From: Candidatus Aenigmatarchaeota archaeon
GTDB lineage: Archaea; Aenigmatarchaeota; Aenigmatarchaeia; CG10238-14; SCSR01
Assembly (NCBI GenBank): GCA_018304615.1
Contig: JAGVVV010000010.1
Span: forward strand, 26,000 to 89,999
Direction of reading: 5' to 3'
DNA length: 64,000 nucleotides
The notes beneath the pieces were generated by a model. It was not told the origin of the DNA and made no database searches. It saw only the letters and a list, made by a program, of their open reading frames with translations. The position numbers were made by a program, and so were the translations under genes. Below, one piece after another: positions 52,860 to 63,063 of the stretch; the stretch's first letter is position 1, and each line of letters starts with the position of its first letter.

Positions 52860-53420
52860 ATGCCTGCAAAAAAAGCAAAAGCAAAAGAATGGTATTCAAT
52901 CATCGCTCCAAAAATGTTTGACGAGAGAGAAATAGGAAAGACGATGGTTTCAGATCCTGACAATCTTGTCGGCAGAAAGGTCAACCTCAGTATGTTGGAA
53001 TTGACGAACGATTTTTCTAAATACTACATGAAGATCAGTTTCCAGATAGACAAGGTCGACGAGAAGAAAGCTTACACCACTTTTACCGGAACAGAGGTCA
53101 TGCGAGATTACATTTCTAGACTGATCTTGAGGAGGGTAAGAAGGATTGACAACGTTGAAAATGTCACAACCAAAGACGGTTCCAAAGTGATTGTGAAGAC
53201 CGTCGCTGTTGCTCCAAGAAGAATCAAGTCAAGCATACAAAAGGTCATCAGGGTAGAAATAAAATCGATGATAAAGGATGAAGTAGAAAAACTTTCCTTG
53301 GAAGAGTTCGTCCAAGACATTCTCTCTGACATATTAAAAAATAAAATACTCAGACACATCAGAAGGATTTATCCGGTCAGAGCATTTGAAATCAGAAAAG
53401 TCGAAGCCGTTAAGAAATAA
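52860..53420 (+). CDS. rps3ae: 30S ribosomal protein eS1 (S3Ae)
   Basis: 186 aa. 'KEWYSIIAPKMFDEREIGKT', 'VGRKVNLSMLELTNDFSKYYMKISFQI'. Confidence 0.95.
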   Translation: MPAKKAKAKEWYSIIAPKMFDEREIGKTMVSDPDNLVGRKVNLSMLELTNDFSKYYMKISFQIDKVDEKKAYTTFTGTEVMRDYISRLILRRVRRIDNVENVTTKDGSKVIVKTVAVAPRRIKSSIQKVIRVEIKSMIKDEVEKLSLEEFVQDILSDILKNKILRHIRRIYPVRAFEIRKVEAVKK

Positions 53421-54564
53421 AGAACGGAACGACAATATTCACCAGGAATATCCCAACTGCTATCATGGTTATCAAAACTGTTATCGCCATCGCATATTTC
53501 TTGCTCACTTTGTCCGCAAGAGCTCTTACCATCAAACCACCATCCAGAGGATATATCGGAGCCAGATTGACTATGGCAATGGTGTAGTTCAAAATCCACA
53601 TCCATGTCAGCAAGTTCAGGAGGTCATACAAGACCTGCTTGTTTCCGTTTACAACAGGCTCGTAAGTTATCCCTAAATAAGCTCTTGAAGTGTTTGTAGG
53701 ACTTGCAGCCGTCTTTACACTAAACGACTGGGTATCAGTCTGCAATGTCACAGTGTCTCCCGGTTTCAACTCTTCAAAATATTTTGCAAGATAACGCTGC
53801 TTTGACAGGTATTCTGAATATGAAACCTTCACAGGCGTTTGGTCTATTTTACTTATCACCATCCCGTTCGCAAGTCCTGCCAATGCTGCCGGACTGGTAG
53901 AATTCACGTCAGTCAGAACGACACCGCCAGGAACAAATGCCGGCCATATGACATCTGAGACAAGAGTCAGAATCAACAAGTATACAACGAAATTTGAAAA
54001 CCCTCCAGCTGCAAAAATCCTCAACTTGGCAAGAAGGCCAATTTTTTTCAACTGTTTCTCGTCAGGCTCTACGAATGCCCCAGGGAAAATAGCAAAAAGA
54101 GCAAGCCCCATAGACTTGACCCTAATTTTTTCCACTCTGGCGAGAATCCCATGCATGAACTCATGCGGAATAATCACCGAAGCGATAATTATTATCCAAG
54201 ACCAGAAAGGAATGAGGATGAATCCCGATCCAGACACTTGCTGCGATGTCGGTGATGGGAAAACGAAATTCAGGCCAGGCTGCTTGACTATTCCTGTGAG
54301 AATGAGCTTCCCATATTCAGTGAGGACATACATCCCACTTATCATGAGATAGAACGCCACTAGTATCCCAATCGTTCCTGCGACTTTCCAGAATAGTCTC
54401 GGCGACGCGACCTTGTCTAGAATCTTCAATCCTCTCTTCGTTTTCCTCAAAAAGAATATGTAGGCCTTCACTTCCACGTTCTTCCTGTCCCTATAAAGCG
54501 CGACAGCAATAAGGCCGAAGAAAACCAAAACCGATACTGTATAAACATCAACCAATAAAATCAC
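53410..54564 (-). CDS. Site-2 protease (M50 family intramembrane metalloprotease) with PDZ domain
   Basis: 384 aa, GTG start. 'HEFMHGILA' (HExxH), PDZ-like 'AGLANGMVISKIDQTPV', 'NLAPIYPLDGG'. Confidence 0.85.
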   Translation of the reverse strand: MILLVDVYTVSVLVFFGLIAVALYRDRKNVEVKAYIFFLRKTKRGLKILDKVASPRLFWKVAGTIGILVAFYLMISGMYVLTEYGKLILTGIVKQPGLNFVFPSPTSQQVSGSGFILIPFWSWIIIIASVIIPHEFMHGILARVEKIRVKSMGLALFAIFPGAFVEPDEKQLKKIGLLAKLRIFAAGGFSNFVVYLLILTLVSDVIWPAFVPGGVVLTDVNSTSPAALAGLANGMVISKIDQTPVKVSYSEYLSKQRYLAKYFEELKPGDTVTLQTDTQSFSVKTAASPTNTSRAYLGITYEPVVNGNKQVLYDLLNLLTWMWILNYTIAIVNLAPIYPLDGGLMVRALADKVSKKYAMAITVLITMIAVGIFLVNIVVPFFIS

Positions 54565-54784
54565 TTTTTATCATTTATGTTTATCAACCATTTAAATGTA
54601 ACCACAGCCATTTCATTAATACTACTTTTTGCTCAAATAAAATCATCGTAACCATGCAGTAGTCCTTCTCAAACGATATATATTTTCTACCACAGAAAAG
54701 GAGTATTATAAAGTTATACTAAAATTTCTTTCTACTGCATAGCAATCGAGTGTGGTTTGGAGCTGAAATTGATGGATTTATCTT

Positions 54785-57700
54785 TTGTCTATAGAATATA
54801 GAAGGAGGATTTTTCTGGCTGACGAAATAAAAAACGATTCCCTCGCTGAAGAGCTGCTGAAAGAGACAAGAGGATTGAAGATTCCTAGATTTTTCACGAA
54901 ACCGGGAGTAAATCCACTAGATCAAATAGAATATGAACTTCGGTCATCTGTCATCAGAAACACAGACGGGTCAATAGTCTTTCAAATGAACAACGTGGAA
55001 GTTCCTAAATTCTGGTCGCAAGTAGCCACAGACATCCTCGCGCAAAAATATTTGAGGAAAGCAGGCGTCCCTCAACTTGATTCTTATGGGAGACCGATAA
55101 TCGACATGAACGGGAATCATGTTCTAGGTTCCGAAACCAGCGTGAAGCAAGCAGTTCACAGGCTCGGAGGCTGCTGGACTTTTTGGGGGAAAAAAGCAAA
55201 AATGTTTGCCACTGAAGAAGACGCACAGTCTTTCTATGACGAATTGGTTTTCATGCTTGTTAATCAGTTCGCATCTCCGAACTCTCCACAGTGGTTCAAT
55301 ACAGGCCTGAACTTCGCTTATGGAATCACTGGCCCCCCTCAAGGGCATTGGTATGTTGATTTTGAAACAGGAGAGCTCTTGAAATCCAAAGACGCTTATT
55401 CCCACCCACAAGTCCACGCTTGCTACATTCAACCAATCAAGGACGATCTCGTGAATGAAGGAGGGATAATGGACCTTTGGTTGAGGGAAGCCAGAATTTT
55501 CAAATATGGTTCAGGAACTGGCACTAATTTCTCAAACCTCAGAGGAAAGGGAGAACCTCTATCAGGAGGTGGAAAATCTTCAGGGCTGATGTCCTTCCTG
55601 AAAATCGGAGACAGGGCTGCCGGCGCAATAAAATCCGGCGGGACAACGAGAAGGGCGGCGAAGATGGTTCTTTTGAACATAGATCATCCAGACATTGAAG
55701 AATTCATAAACTGGAAAGTCGAGGAAGAGAAAAAAGTCGCGGCTATGATTGCAGCCGGCTACCCTTCTGATTACGAGGGAGACGCTTACCTGACCGTCTC
55801 AGGCCAGAATTCGAACAATTCGGCGAGGGTTCCTAACAGATTCATGAAAGCTCTTCTGGAAGACGGGACTTGGGACTTGCATTGGAGGACTGACGGTAGA
55901 ATTAGCAAGACCTTGAAAGCAAAAGATTTGTGGAATCAGATTTGCAACGCAGCCTGGGCATGCGCAGATCCAGGCCTCCAGTTCGACACTACGATAAACG
56001 AATGGCACACATGCCCCGAATCAGGAAGAATTAACGCGAGCAACCCATGCAGCGAATACATGTTCTTGGACAGCACAGCATGCAACCTTGCTTCGTTGAA
56101 TCTGATAAAATTCTTCGACAAAGAGACGTCAACATTCGACGTTGAGGCATTCAAACATGCAGTAAGACTTTGGACAATTGTTTTGGAGATCAGTGTGGTA
56201 ATGGCGCAGCAACCTTCTAAAGAAATTGCCGATCTCACTTATCAGTTTAGGACTCTCGGCCTCGGTTACACCAACTTAGGATCCATACTTATGATATCAG
56301 GAATTCCTTACGACAGCAACGAAGCACGTGCAATCGGAGCTGCAATCACTGCTATCATGACAGGCGAATCTTATGCAACTTCTGCCGAGATGGCAAATAA
56401 TTTCGGCCCATTTCCCCAATTCCAGAAAAACAGGGAGCACATGCTCAGAGTCATCAGAAATCACAGAAGAGCTGCATACAATGCAAAACCAGAGGAGTAT
56501 GAGAACATTGAGGTCATTCCAGTCGGGATTGATTCGAAAGTCTGTCCGCAATATTTATTGAATGCAGCAGTCGAATGCTGGGACAGGGCTCTTGCTTTTG
56601 GGGAAAAATTCGGTTATAGAAATGCCCAGGCAACGCTGATTGCCCCGACAGGCACAATCGCATTGCTTATGGATTGCGACACGACCGGAATTGAACCAGA
56701 TTTTGCTCTGGTCAAGTTCAAGAAACTTGCAGGAGGCGGCTATTTCAAAATTGTCAACCAATCTGTGACATATTCGCTGAAGAACCTTGGCTACACTGAG
56801 GATGAGATTAGAGATATCATCAAGTACATGAGCGGTTCGAACACTCTCAGAGGAGCTCCGCACGTCAACATGATGTCATTGAAAGAAAAGGGATTCACAG
56901 ACGAAGACCTGAGAAAGATCGAGAAAATCTTACCAAGCGTGTTTGAGATAAATTCTGCTTTCAACGTTTGGACTCTTGGAAAAGAGAGCATGGAGGCCCT
57001 CGGCTTCAAACCAGAAGAATACAATTCTCCGAATTTCAATTTACTCAGATCTCTAGGTTTCAAAGAGAATGAAATTGAAGAGGCTAACGACTACATCTGC
57101 GGAACTATGATAATTGAGGATGCACCACACTTGAAAGAACAACATTATTCTATTTTTGACTGCGCAAACAAGTGCGGAAAGAAAGGCAAGAGATTCATCC
57201 ATCACATGGCGCATGTAAAAATAATGGCGGTCGTGCAGCCTTTCTTGAGCGGGTCTATCAGCAAGACAATAAACATGCCAAACGAGATTACTGTGGAAGA
57301 AATAAATCAGGCATATTTAGAGAGTTGGAAGCTGGCCCTGAAATCAATCGCACTCTACAGAGACGGTTCGAAATTATCACAGCCGCTTGCTGCAAGAACT
57401 CTGGAGAAAGCGAAAGAAGTGGCGGTAGAATACAAACCGATGAGAAGAAAACTTCCAGACGAGAGAAAAGCAATCACCCACAAGTTCCAGATTGCAAACC
57501 AGGAAGGCTACATCACAGTCGGGCTTTATGACGACGGTTCGCCTGGGGAACTCTTTATCGTAATGAACAAGGAAGGAAGCATTGTCTCTGGAACAATGGA
57601 TTCTTTTGCAACAGCAGTTTCTATCGGTCTCCAGTACGGAGTCCCGTTGAGAGTATTGGTTGACAAGTTCACACACACAAGGTTCGAGCCTTCAGGAGTG

Positions 57701-58042
57701 ACAAACAACCCTGAGATAAGAATGGCAAGATCCATCATGGACTACATCTTCCGCTGGCTTGCAATGAAATTCCTGCCAGAGGAAGATTTGGAAACACTTG
57801 GAATCAAAAATTCTTCTAACGGCAATGGCCATTCTCTACCAAGAGAACTTCCCAAGCAACAGCCCGACCAGACAACTTTTACAATCGCCAAATTCATAGA
57901 GCCTAAAAAAGAATCCAAGTCATCTTTTGGTTTTGATATCCAAGCAGATGCGCCGCCATGCCACATTTGCGGTTCCCTGATGATAAGAAGCGGTTCCTGC
58001 TACGTGTGCCTAAACTGCGGAGCTAACAGTGGTTGCGCCTAA
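54785..58042 (+). CDS. nrdJ: Class II (adenosylcobalamin-dependent) ribonucleotide reductase NrdJ
   Basis: 1085 aa. 'IPRFFTKPGVNPLDQIEYE', 'VEVPKFWSQVATDILAQKY', 'HACYIQ', active-site 'ASNPCSEY', C-terminal 'CHICGS...CYVCLNCG'. Start uncertain: TTG 54785 is the first candidate, and no ATG precedes the conserved N-terminal motif. Confidence 0.88.
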   Translation: MSIEYRRRIFLADEIKNDSLAEELLKETRGLKIPRFFTKPGVNPLDQIEYELRSSVIRNTDGSIVFQMNNVEVPKFWSQVATDILAQKYLRKAGVPQLDSYGRPIIDMNGNHVLGSETSVKQAVHRLGGCWTFWGKKAKMFATEEDAQSFYDELVFMLVNQFASPNSPQWFNTGLNFAYGITGPPQGHWYVDFETGELLKSKDAYSHPQVHACYIQPIKDDLVNEGGIMDLWLREARIFKYGSGTGTNFSNLRGKGEPLSGGGKSSGLMSFLKIGDRAAGAIKSGGTTRRAAKMVLLNIDHPDIEEFINWKVEEEKKVAAMIAAGYPSDYEGDAYLTVSGQNSNNSARVPNRFMKALLEDGTWDLHWRTDGRISKTLKAKDLWNQICNAAWACADPGLQFDTTINEWHTCPESGRINASNPCSEYMFLDSTACNLASLNLIKFFDKETSTFDVEAFKHAVRLWTIVLEISVVMAQQPSKEIADLTYQFRTLGLGYTNLGSILMISGIPYDSNEARAIGAAITAIMTGESYATSAEMANNFGPFPQFQKNREHMLRVIRNHRRAAYNAKPEEYENIEVIPVGIDSKVCPQYLLNAAVECWDRALAFGEKFGYRNAQATLIAPTGTIALLMDCDTTGIEPDFALVKFKKLAGGGYFKIVNQSVTYSLKNLGYTEDEIRDIIKYMSGSNTLRGAPHVNMMSLKEKGFTDEDLRKIEKILPSVFEINSAFNVWTLGKESMEALGFKPEEYNSPNFNLLRSLGFKENEIEEANDYICGTMIIEDAPHLKEQHYSIFDCANKCGKKGKRFIHHMAHVKIMAVVQPFLSGSISKTINMPNEITVEEINQAYLESWKLALKSIALYRDGSKLSQPLAARTLEKAKEVAVEYKPMRRKLPDERKAITHKFQIANQEGYITVGLYDDGSPGELFIVMNKEGSIVSGTMDSFATAVSIGLQYGVPLRVLVDKFTHTRFEPSGVTNNPEIRMARSIMDYIFRWLAMKFLPEEDLETLGIKNSSNGNGHSLPRELPKQQPDQTTFTIAKFIEPKKESKSSFGFDIQADAPPCHICGSLMIRSGSCYVCLNCGANSGCA

Positions 58043-58338
58043 ACATGGAACAGCCATCTGATGAATGTGTAGATTCCCTTTCCTATGAATATCCATCCAA
58101 TGGTTGGGAAGAAAACAAAAGATATTTTAAAACTGATTAGAAGAAGAACTATTCCACCTATTAGATCTATCGCGCCCATCCAATCGAAGAAATATCCCGA
58201 GAACAGACTTCCAAAAAGAGAGAAACCGCCTTTTATCATATGCGCATAGGCAAGATAAGCAACAAGAACTGCAAAATTCTTGTCGAGAACAGCAAGTCCG
58301 CCAAGTATGTCCATGAGAGCGAAAAAGAGAATTATCAT
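58039..58338 (-). CDS. Small membrane protein (3 TM), unknown function
   Basis: 99-aa hydrophobic ORF downstream of the suf/ferredoxin genes. Convergent stop overlap with nrdJ. Confidence 0.45.
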   Translation of the reverse strand: MIILFFALMDILGGLAVLDKNFAVLVAYLAYAHMIKGGFSLFGSLFSGYFFDWMGAIDLIGGIVLLLISFKISFVFFPTIGWIFIGKGIYTFIRWLFHV

Positions 58339-58373
58339 GTTCTGTATCTTGAAATCAATCTATTTATGATTAA

Positions 58374-58640
58374 TCAGACCAGTTCTTTTCCAGTCTCAAT
58401 ATCTATTATGTGAATCACATTAACTGGACAAACTTGTGCTGCTTCCATGTTTATCTGCAAATCTTTCTCTTCAATTATCCTTTCGAACTTCCCGGTCTCC
58501 TCATTGAAATTTCCATTAAGAAGCTTCGCCTTGTTGAACTCGTCCATGTCCCATGCTTCTGGGTTTACAGCAACGCATGCAGTCACGCCTATGCATCCTT
58601 CTCTTTCGTAAATTATTTTATACTCTTTCATCTTTCTCAC
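58374..58640 (-). CDS. Single-cluster ferredoxin ([3Fe-4S]/[4Fe-4S] type)
   Basis: 88 aa. 'CIGVTAC' (C-x5-C) plus distal 'CP' ('AAQVCPVNVI'). Confidence 0.6.
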   Translation of the reverse strand: MRKMKEYKIIYEREGCIGVTACVAVNPEAWDMDEFNKAKLLNGNFNEETGKFERIIEEKDLQINMEAAQVCPVNVIHIIDIETGKELV

Positions 58641-58654
58641 TCAAGCTAGAAACT

Positions 58655-59080
58655 TCATTCCATTTTGTCCCATTCTTTTTCGAATTCTTTTATCTCTTTT
58701 TGATTTCCAAGATAACTGTAAACTGCAACTTTGACCACTTTCAGCGGAAGCATCGCGCATTTCAATCTCGGAGGGCTTATAGTTATTCCAAGATTCTTCA
58801 AGACATTTTTCCTTCCCAAATTTTTTATCTCCCGTATATTCTTTCCTTTGACAGTTTCTGTCAATATAGATGCCGAGGCTTTGCTTATCGCGCATCCGTT
58901 CCCATGAAATTTAACATCGACTATCTTCCCATTCTTGTCGATTTTGAACTGGAACTCATATTCGTCGCCACAAAGAGGGTTCACATCATGAAACTTTATG
59001 TCCGGATTCTCGATAGTCCCGTAGTTCCTAGGATTGTTGTAGTGATCCAAAATGTTTTCCTGATACATTTCGAAACTCAT
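58655..59080 (-). CDS. sufU: SufU/IscU-type Fe-S cluster scaffold / sulfur acceptor
   Basis: 141 aa. 'NPLCGDEYEF', 'GNGCAISKASAS', 'RLKCAMLPL'. Confidence 0.9.
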   Translation of the reverse strand: MSFEMYQENILDHYNNPRNYGTIENPDIKFHDVNPLCGDEYEFQFKIDKNGKIVDVKFHGNGCAISKASASILTETVKGKNIREIKNLGRKNVLKNLGITISPPRLKCAMLPLKVVKVAVYSYLGNQKEIKEFEKEWDKME

Positions 59081-60294
59081 ATTCCGAAAACCTTTCTTGC
59101 CTTGTTCAGGGCATTCACCAACTCATCAACATCTTCCTTCGTGTTGTATATAGAGAAGCTTGCCCTTGCCGTGGCGCTCACCCCAAGCTTGCTGTGAAGT
59201 GGCATGGTGCAGTGATGGCCAGATCTTATCGCCACCCCCTGCTCATCCAAGATTGTCGCCAAATCATGAGCATGAATGTCTCCAAGATTAAAAGCAATAA
59301 CTCCCCCCCTGTTTTCTGCATTCTTCGGTCCGTAAATTTTTATCCCAGGAACTTTTGAAAGCTTCTCTAATGCATATCTGGTCAACGTCTTTTCATGCTC
59401 CTTCATCTTCTTCATCCCAATTTTTTCCAGATAGTCGACTGCATAACCAAGTGCGATAGCTCCTGATATGTCAGGAGTTCCAGCCTCGTATTTATGAGGA
59501 GGGTCTTTCCATGTCGCGTTCGTGAGGAAAACTTCCTTGATCATCTCTCCTCCACCCATGAAAGGTTCCATCTCTCGATAGACTTCCTCTTTCACATACA
59601 AAACTCCTATTCCAGTCGGTCCGAACATCTTGTGTCCTGAAAAAGCCATGAAGTCGCAATCAAGCTCTTGAACATCCACTGGCATGTGTGGAACAGACTG
59701 CGCAGAATCAAACAATATCCTCGCCCCGTTCTCGTGAGCAAGTTTTGCAATTTGCTTTACCGGGTTAATCGTCCCTAAGACATTAGAAACATGAGAGACT
59801 GCAATCAACTTCGTCTTCGGAGTTATCAACTTTTTGAATTCCTCCATTCTAAGAGTTCCATCGTCGTTAATCTCCACAAACTTCAAGTCAATTCCTTTTT
59901 TCTTCAGCATAAGCCAAGGGACAATGTTAGAGTGATGTTCCATTACAGTACTGATAATTTCATCCTCAGGTCTTAGTTTCTCAGCCCATGCGAACCTAAC
60001 AAGATTTATTGCTTCTGTAGCCCCTCTTACAAATATAATCTCCTTTTCGCTCTTTGCGTTTATGAATTTTGCAATCTTTTTCCTAGCCTCCTCATATTCT
60101 TCTGTCGCTTCCGCAGCAATTTTGTAAATTCCCCGGTGAACGTTTGAATTGTAATTCTCATAATATTTTTCTATCTCTTTTATCACCTGTTTCGGTTTCT
60201 GAGAAGTGGCGGCGCTGTCCAGATAAACCATCCTCTTTCCATTGATTTTTCTTTTCAGAATCGGAAAATCATTCCTTATCTTTTTCAGTTCCAT
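59077..60294 (-). CDS. sufS: Cysteine desulfurase SufS (class II)
   Basis: 'YLDSAATSQKP', PLP-Lys 'FSGHKMFGPTGIGVLY', catalytic Cys 'RSGHHCTMPL'. Start set at ATG 60294 ('MELKKIRNDFPIL'), 4 nt after the sufD stop. Confidence 0.93.
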   Translation of the reverse strand: MELKKIRNDFPILKRKINGKRMVYLDSAATSQKPKQVIKEIEKYYENYNSNVHRGIYKIAAEATEEYEEARKKIAKFINAKSEKEIIFVRGATEAINLVRFAWAEKLRPEDEIISTVMEHHSNIVPWLMLKKKGIDLKFVEINDDGTLRMEEFKKLITPKTKLIAVSHVSNVLGTINPVKQIAKLAHENGARILFDSAQSVPHMPVDVQELDCDFMAFSGHKMFGPTGIGVLYVKEEVYREMEPFMGGGEMIKEVFLTNATWKDPPHKYEAGTPDISGAIALGYAVDYLEKIGMKKMKEHEKTLTRYALEKLSKVPGIKIYGPKNAENRGGVIAFNLGDIHAHDLATILDEQGVAIRSGHHCTMPLHSKLGVSATARASFSIYNTKEDVDELVNALNKARKVFGI

Positions 60295-60298
60295 TGCT

Positions 60299-61642
60299 TC
60301 ACCTGTACTTGTAGTGGGTGCCGAAAATATCAGACTCAATCTTCCTCTCTGACTGCTTTCTAACGTCGAATATCTTCTTCGACAACTCAGAGCTGATTTC
60401 TTTGTTCATCCACTTCAACTCAATTACATCCTGCAATTTAATCTTCATCTCTTCAGAATTAACCCTTTCTATCACTGGTGCAAAAAACCCGAAAACAATC
60501 TGTTTTTTAGCTTCGTCCATGCTCAATCCTCTTGACATGATGTAGAAGATTTTCTCCTCATCCAACGGTGCTACAGATGCTGAATGAGTGGCCTTCACCT
60601 CATTAGTCTTTATTTCTAAACCTGGGATCGCATCAGCTTTTGCATCCTGACTTAACAACAGCGAGTGTTCACTCAGAATTGAGTTTGCGTTCTTTGCATC
60701 TTCATCAATCTTTATCATTCCCTTCAACAATCCCATCGACTTGTCTTTGAATATACCCTTGCTCAAAACCTTTCCTATAGTAAACTTCCCAATGTGGTTA
60801 AGGCTCGAATAAATGTCAAAATTCTGTCTTTGGTTACCGAATCCTACTTCCAAATCCTCTGCCGAAGATCCATCACCAATCAAAAAACTGTTAACTCGTG
60901 ATCTTATCTTGCTCCCTCCAAAATTTCCCATGTTCAAGAAAATCTTACTTTCCTTGCCACAATATACATTATAATTTCCAATCGACAGTACATTCTGATT
61001 TAGCATCTGCAAGTTCGAAAGAGTAACCTGAGAATCATCTTTGATCATCACTTCAAAGTTTTCTGAGACAACACTCTCGTCCTGTGTTTCAGAATAATCT
61101 TCTTTTATTATGTCGACCATACTCTTCTCGTCTACTAAAATCAGGTTCTTTGCCACCTGAACTTTCGTCTTGTTCAGATTGAGAATGAACAAAGGGATTT
61201 CTAGTTCAACATTCTTCGGCACATAAAAAAAGAATCCTGAATTGAAAAACGCATCGTTGAACATAGTCATCTTGTCAATTTCACGATTCTTGTTGGTGAA
61301 AAATTCTTTTACCAGATTTTCATCTTCTTTTATTGCATCGTTTATATTCTTCAGGATGACTCCTTTCTTTTTCAAATCATCTGAAAGATGTAATACGGTC
61401 GTAAAACCAGATTGAATTACATAAGCTTCCAGATCAAGTTTCTTATCTACAGTACTCTTCCCGTTCACAAGATCTTCAGCACGAATTTTATCCAATCCGA
61501 AAGTAAAGAAAAAAGTGTTCTTTTTGAATATCTGGCTGTTCTCAATAGGCATTGTGGAAAACTTTTCAAAAGCTTTAGTCCTAAATTCTTTCATCCATGC
61601 CGAATCCTTAGAAAGGCTATCTATTGCTTCTGTGTACTGCAA
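60299..61642 (-). CDS. sufD: Fe-S cluster assembly protein SufD
   Basis: 447 aa. Beta-helix-type repeats and C-terminal 'ATHSASVAPLDEEKIFYIMSRGLSMDEAKKQIVFGFF'. Confidence 0.85.
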   Translation of the reverse strand: MQYTEAIDSLSKDSAWMKEFRTKAFEKFSTMPIENSQIFKKNTFFFTFGLDKIRAEDLVNGKSTVDKKLDLEAYVIQSGFTTVLHLSDDLKKKGVILKNINDAIKEDENLVKEFFTNKNREIDKMTMFNDAFFNSGFFFYVPKNVELEIPLFILNLNKTKVQVAKNLILVDEKSMVDIIKEDYSETQDESVVSENFEVMIKDDSQVTLSNLQMLNQNVLSIGNYNVYCGKESKIFLNMGNFGGSKIRSRVNSFLIGDGSSAEDLEVGFGNQRQNFDIYSSLNHIGKFTIGKVLSKGIFKDKSMGLLKGMIKIDEDAKNANSILSEHSLLLSQDAKADAIPGLEIKTNEVKATHSASVAPLDEEKIFYIMSRGLSMDEAKKQIVFGFFAPVIERVNSEEMKIKLQDVIELKWMNKEISSELSKKIFDVRKQSERKIESDIFGTHYKYR

Positions 61643-61650
61643 GAAATCCC

Positions 61651-63063
61651 CTACCCTACAGACCCAGTCATTTCCAACTGGATCAGTTTGTTGAATTCGA
61701 TTGCATATTCCAGAGGAATCTCTTTCGCGAAAGCTTCGAAGAACCCAACCACAACCATGTTCAATGCCTGCTCTTCTGTCAATCCTCTAGACATCAGATA
61801 GAATAACTGGTCATCACCTATCTTCCCGACAGTAGCTTCATGTGTAATAGTTGCAGTCTCATTGTTGATTTGATTGTATGGATAAGTGTCTGTTTTTGAA
61901 ATTTCATCGAGCAGCAGAGCATCGCATCTCACGCTAGATTTAACATTCGTTGCATTTTTGGCTACGAACAGCAACCCTCTGTAGCTTGTTCTCCCGCCAT
62001 CTTTACTCACAGACTTTGAAGTTATTCTCGAAGTAGTGTCAGGGGCGAGATGATAAACCTTCCCTCCTGCGTCTTGATGCTGGCCATCTCCTGCGAAAGC
62101 AACAGACAGGATGTCAGCTCTAGCATTTCTACCTTTGAGATAAACAGAAGGATATTTCATCGTGAGGCAACTTCCAATATTCGCATCTACCCATTCAACA
62201 ATTGCTCCTTCGAATGCATGAGCCCTTTTCGTGACAAGATTAAAAACATTCTTTGACCAGTTTTGCAAAGTCGTATATCTTATATGCGCTCCAGGCAGTG
62301 CGACAATCTCTACAACAGCCGAATGAAGAGATGATTTTGAATAAACAGGTGCAGTACACCCTTCAATATAGTGAACCTTGCTTCCTTCGTCCGCGATAAT
62401 GAGAGTTCTCTCAAACTGTCCTATTCCCTCCGCATTTATTCTGAAGTAAGCTTGCAGCGGCATGTCGACATGCACACCCTTCGGAATGTATATGAAACTC
62501 CCGCCTGAGAACACGGCAGAGTTCAATGAAGCGAACTTGTTATCATCTGATGGAACAACCGTTCCGAAATATTTTTTGAAAATATGTGGATATTTTTGAA
62601 GTCCAGTGTCCGGATCAACAAAAATAACTCCCTGCTTCTCCAACTTCTCTTTCAGTTTGTGATAAACTACTTCTGAATCGAATTGAGCTCCTACTCCTGA
62701 CAAGAATTTTTTCTCTGCTTCAGGAATTCCCAACCTGTCGAATGTGTTCTTTACTTCAGGTGGGACATCATTCCAATCTTCCCTCATCTTAGTTCCAGGC
62801 TTTATGTAATAAATGATATCATCAAAATTTATTTTGGACAGATCTCCACCCCATGCGGGCATCGGTCTTGCAAAAAAATGCTCGAGAGCCTTCAATCTGA
62901 ACTGATGGATCCATTCATACTCGCCCTTCTCTCCTTTGAAATCAGAAATCTCGTCCACAGTTCTCGTGCTGAGACCTAATTTAGTCTCTGCCACCCTACT
63001 GTCTTTTACTTTGAAGCCATATTTCTCTTCATATTCTTTGTTAATGTCAAGAGTTTGTTTCAT
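61651..63063 (-). CDS. sufB: Fe-S cluster assembly protein SufB
   Basis: 470 aa. 'HEATVGKIGDDQLFYLMSRGLTEEQALNMVVVGFF', 'IEGCTAPVY'. Confidence 0.95.
   Translation of the reverse strand: MKQTLDINKEYEEKYGFKVKDSRVAETKLGLSTRTVDEISDFKGEKGEYEWIHQFRLKALEHFFARPMPAWGGDLSKINFDDIIYYIKPGTKMREDWNDVPPEVKNTFDRLGIPEAEKKFLSGVGAQFDSEVVYHKLKEKLEKQGVIFVDPDTGLQKYPHIFKKYFGTVVPSDDNKFASLNSAVFSGGSFIYIPKGVHVDMPLQAYFRINAEGIGQFERTLIIADEGSKVHYIEGCTAPVYSKSSLHSAVVEIVALPGAHIRYTTLQNWSKNVFNLVTKRAHAFEGAIVEWVDANIGSCLTMKYPSVYLKGRNARADILSVAFAGDGQHQDAGGKVYHLAPDTTSRITSKSVSKDGGRTSYRGLLFVAKNATNVKSSVRCDALLLDEISKTDTYPYNQINNETATITHEATVGKIGDDQLFYLMSRGLTEEQALNMVVVGFFEAFAKEIPLEYAIEFNKLIQLEMTGSVG

Noticed and set aside
54565-54784. Cobalamin riboswitch or other structured RNA upstream of the B12-dependent RNR
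   Set aside because: The region is AT-rich, with no GC-rich helices or B12-box-like sequence. Riboswitches are rare in archaea. Only a single 9-bp inverted repeat is present, reported separately at low interest.
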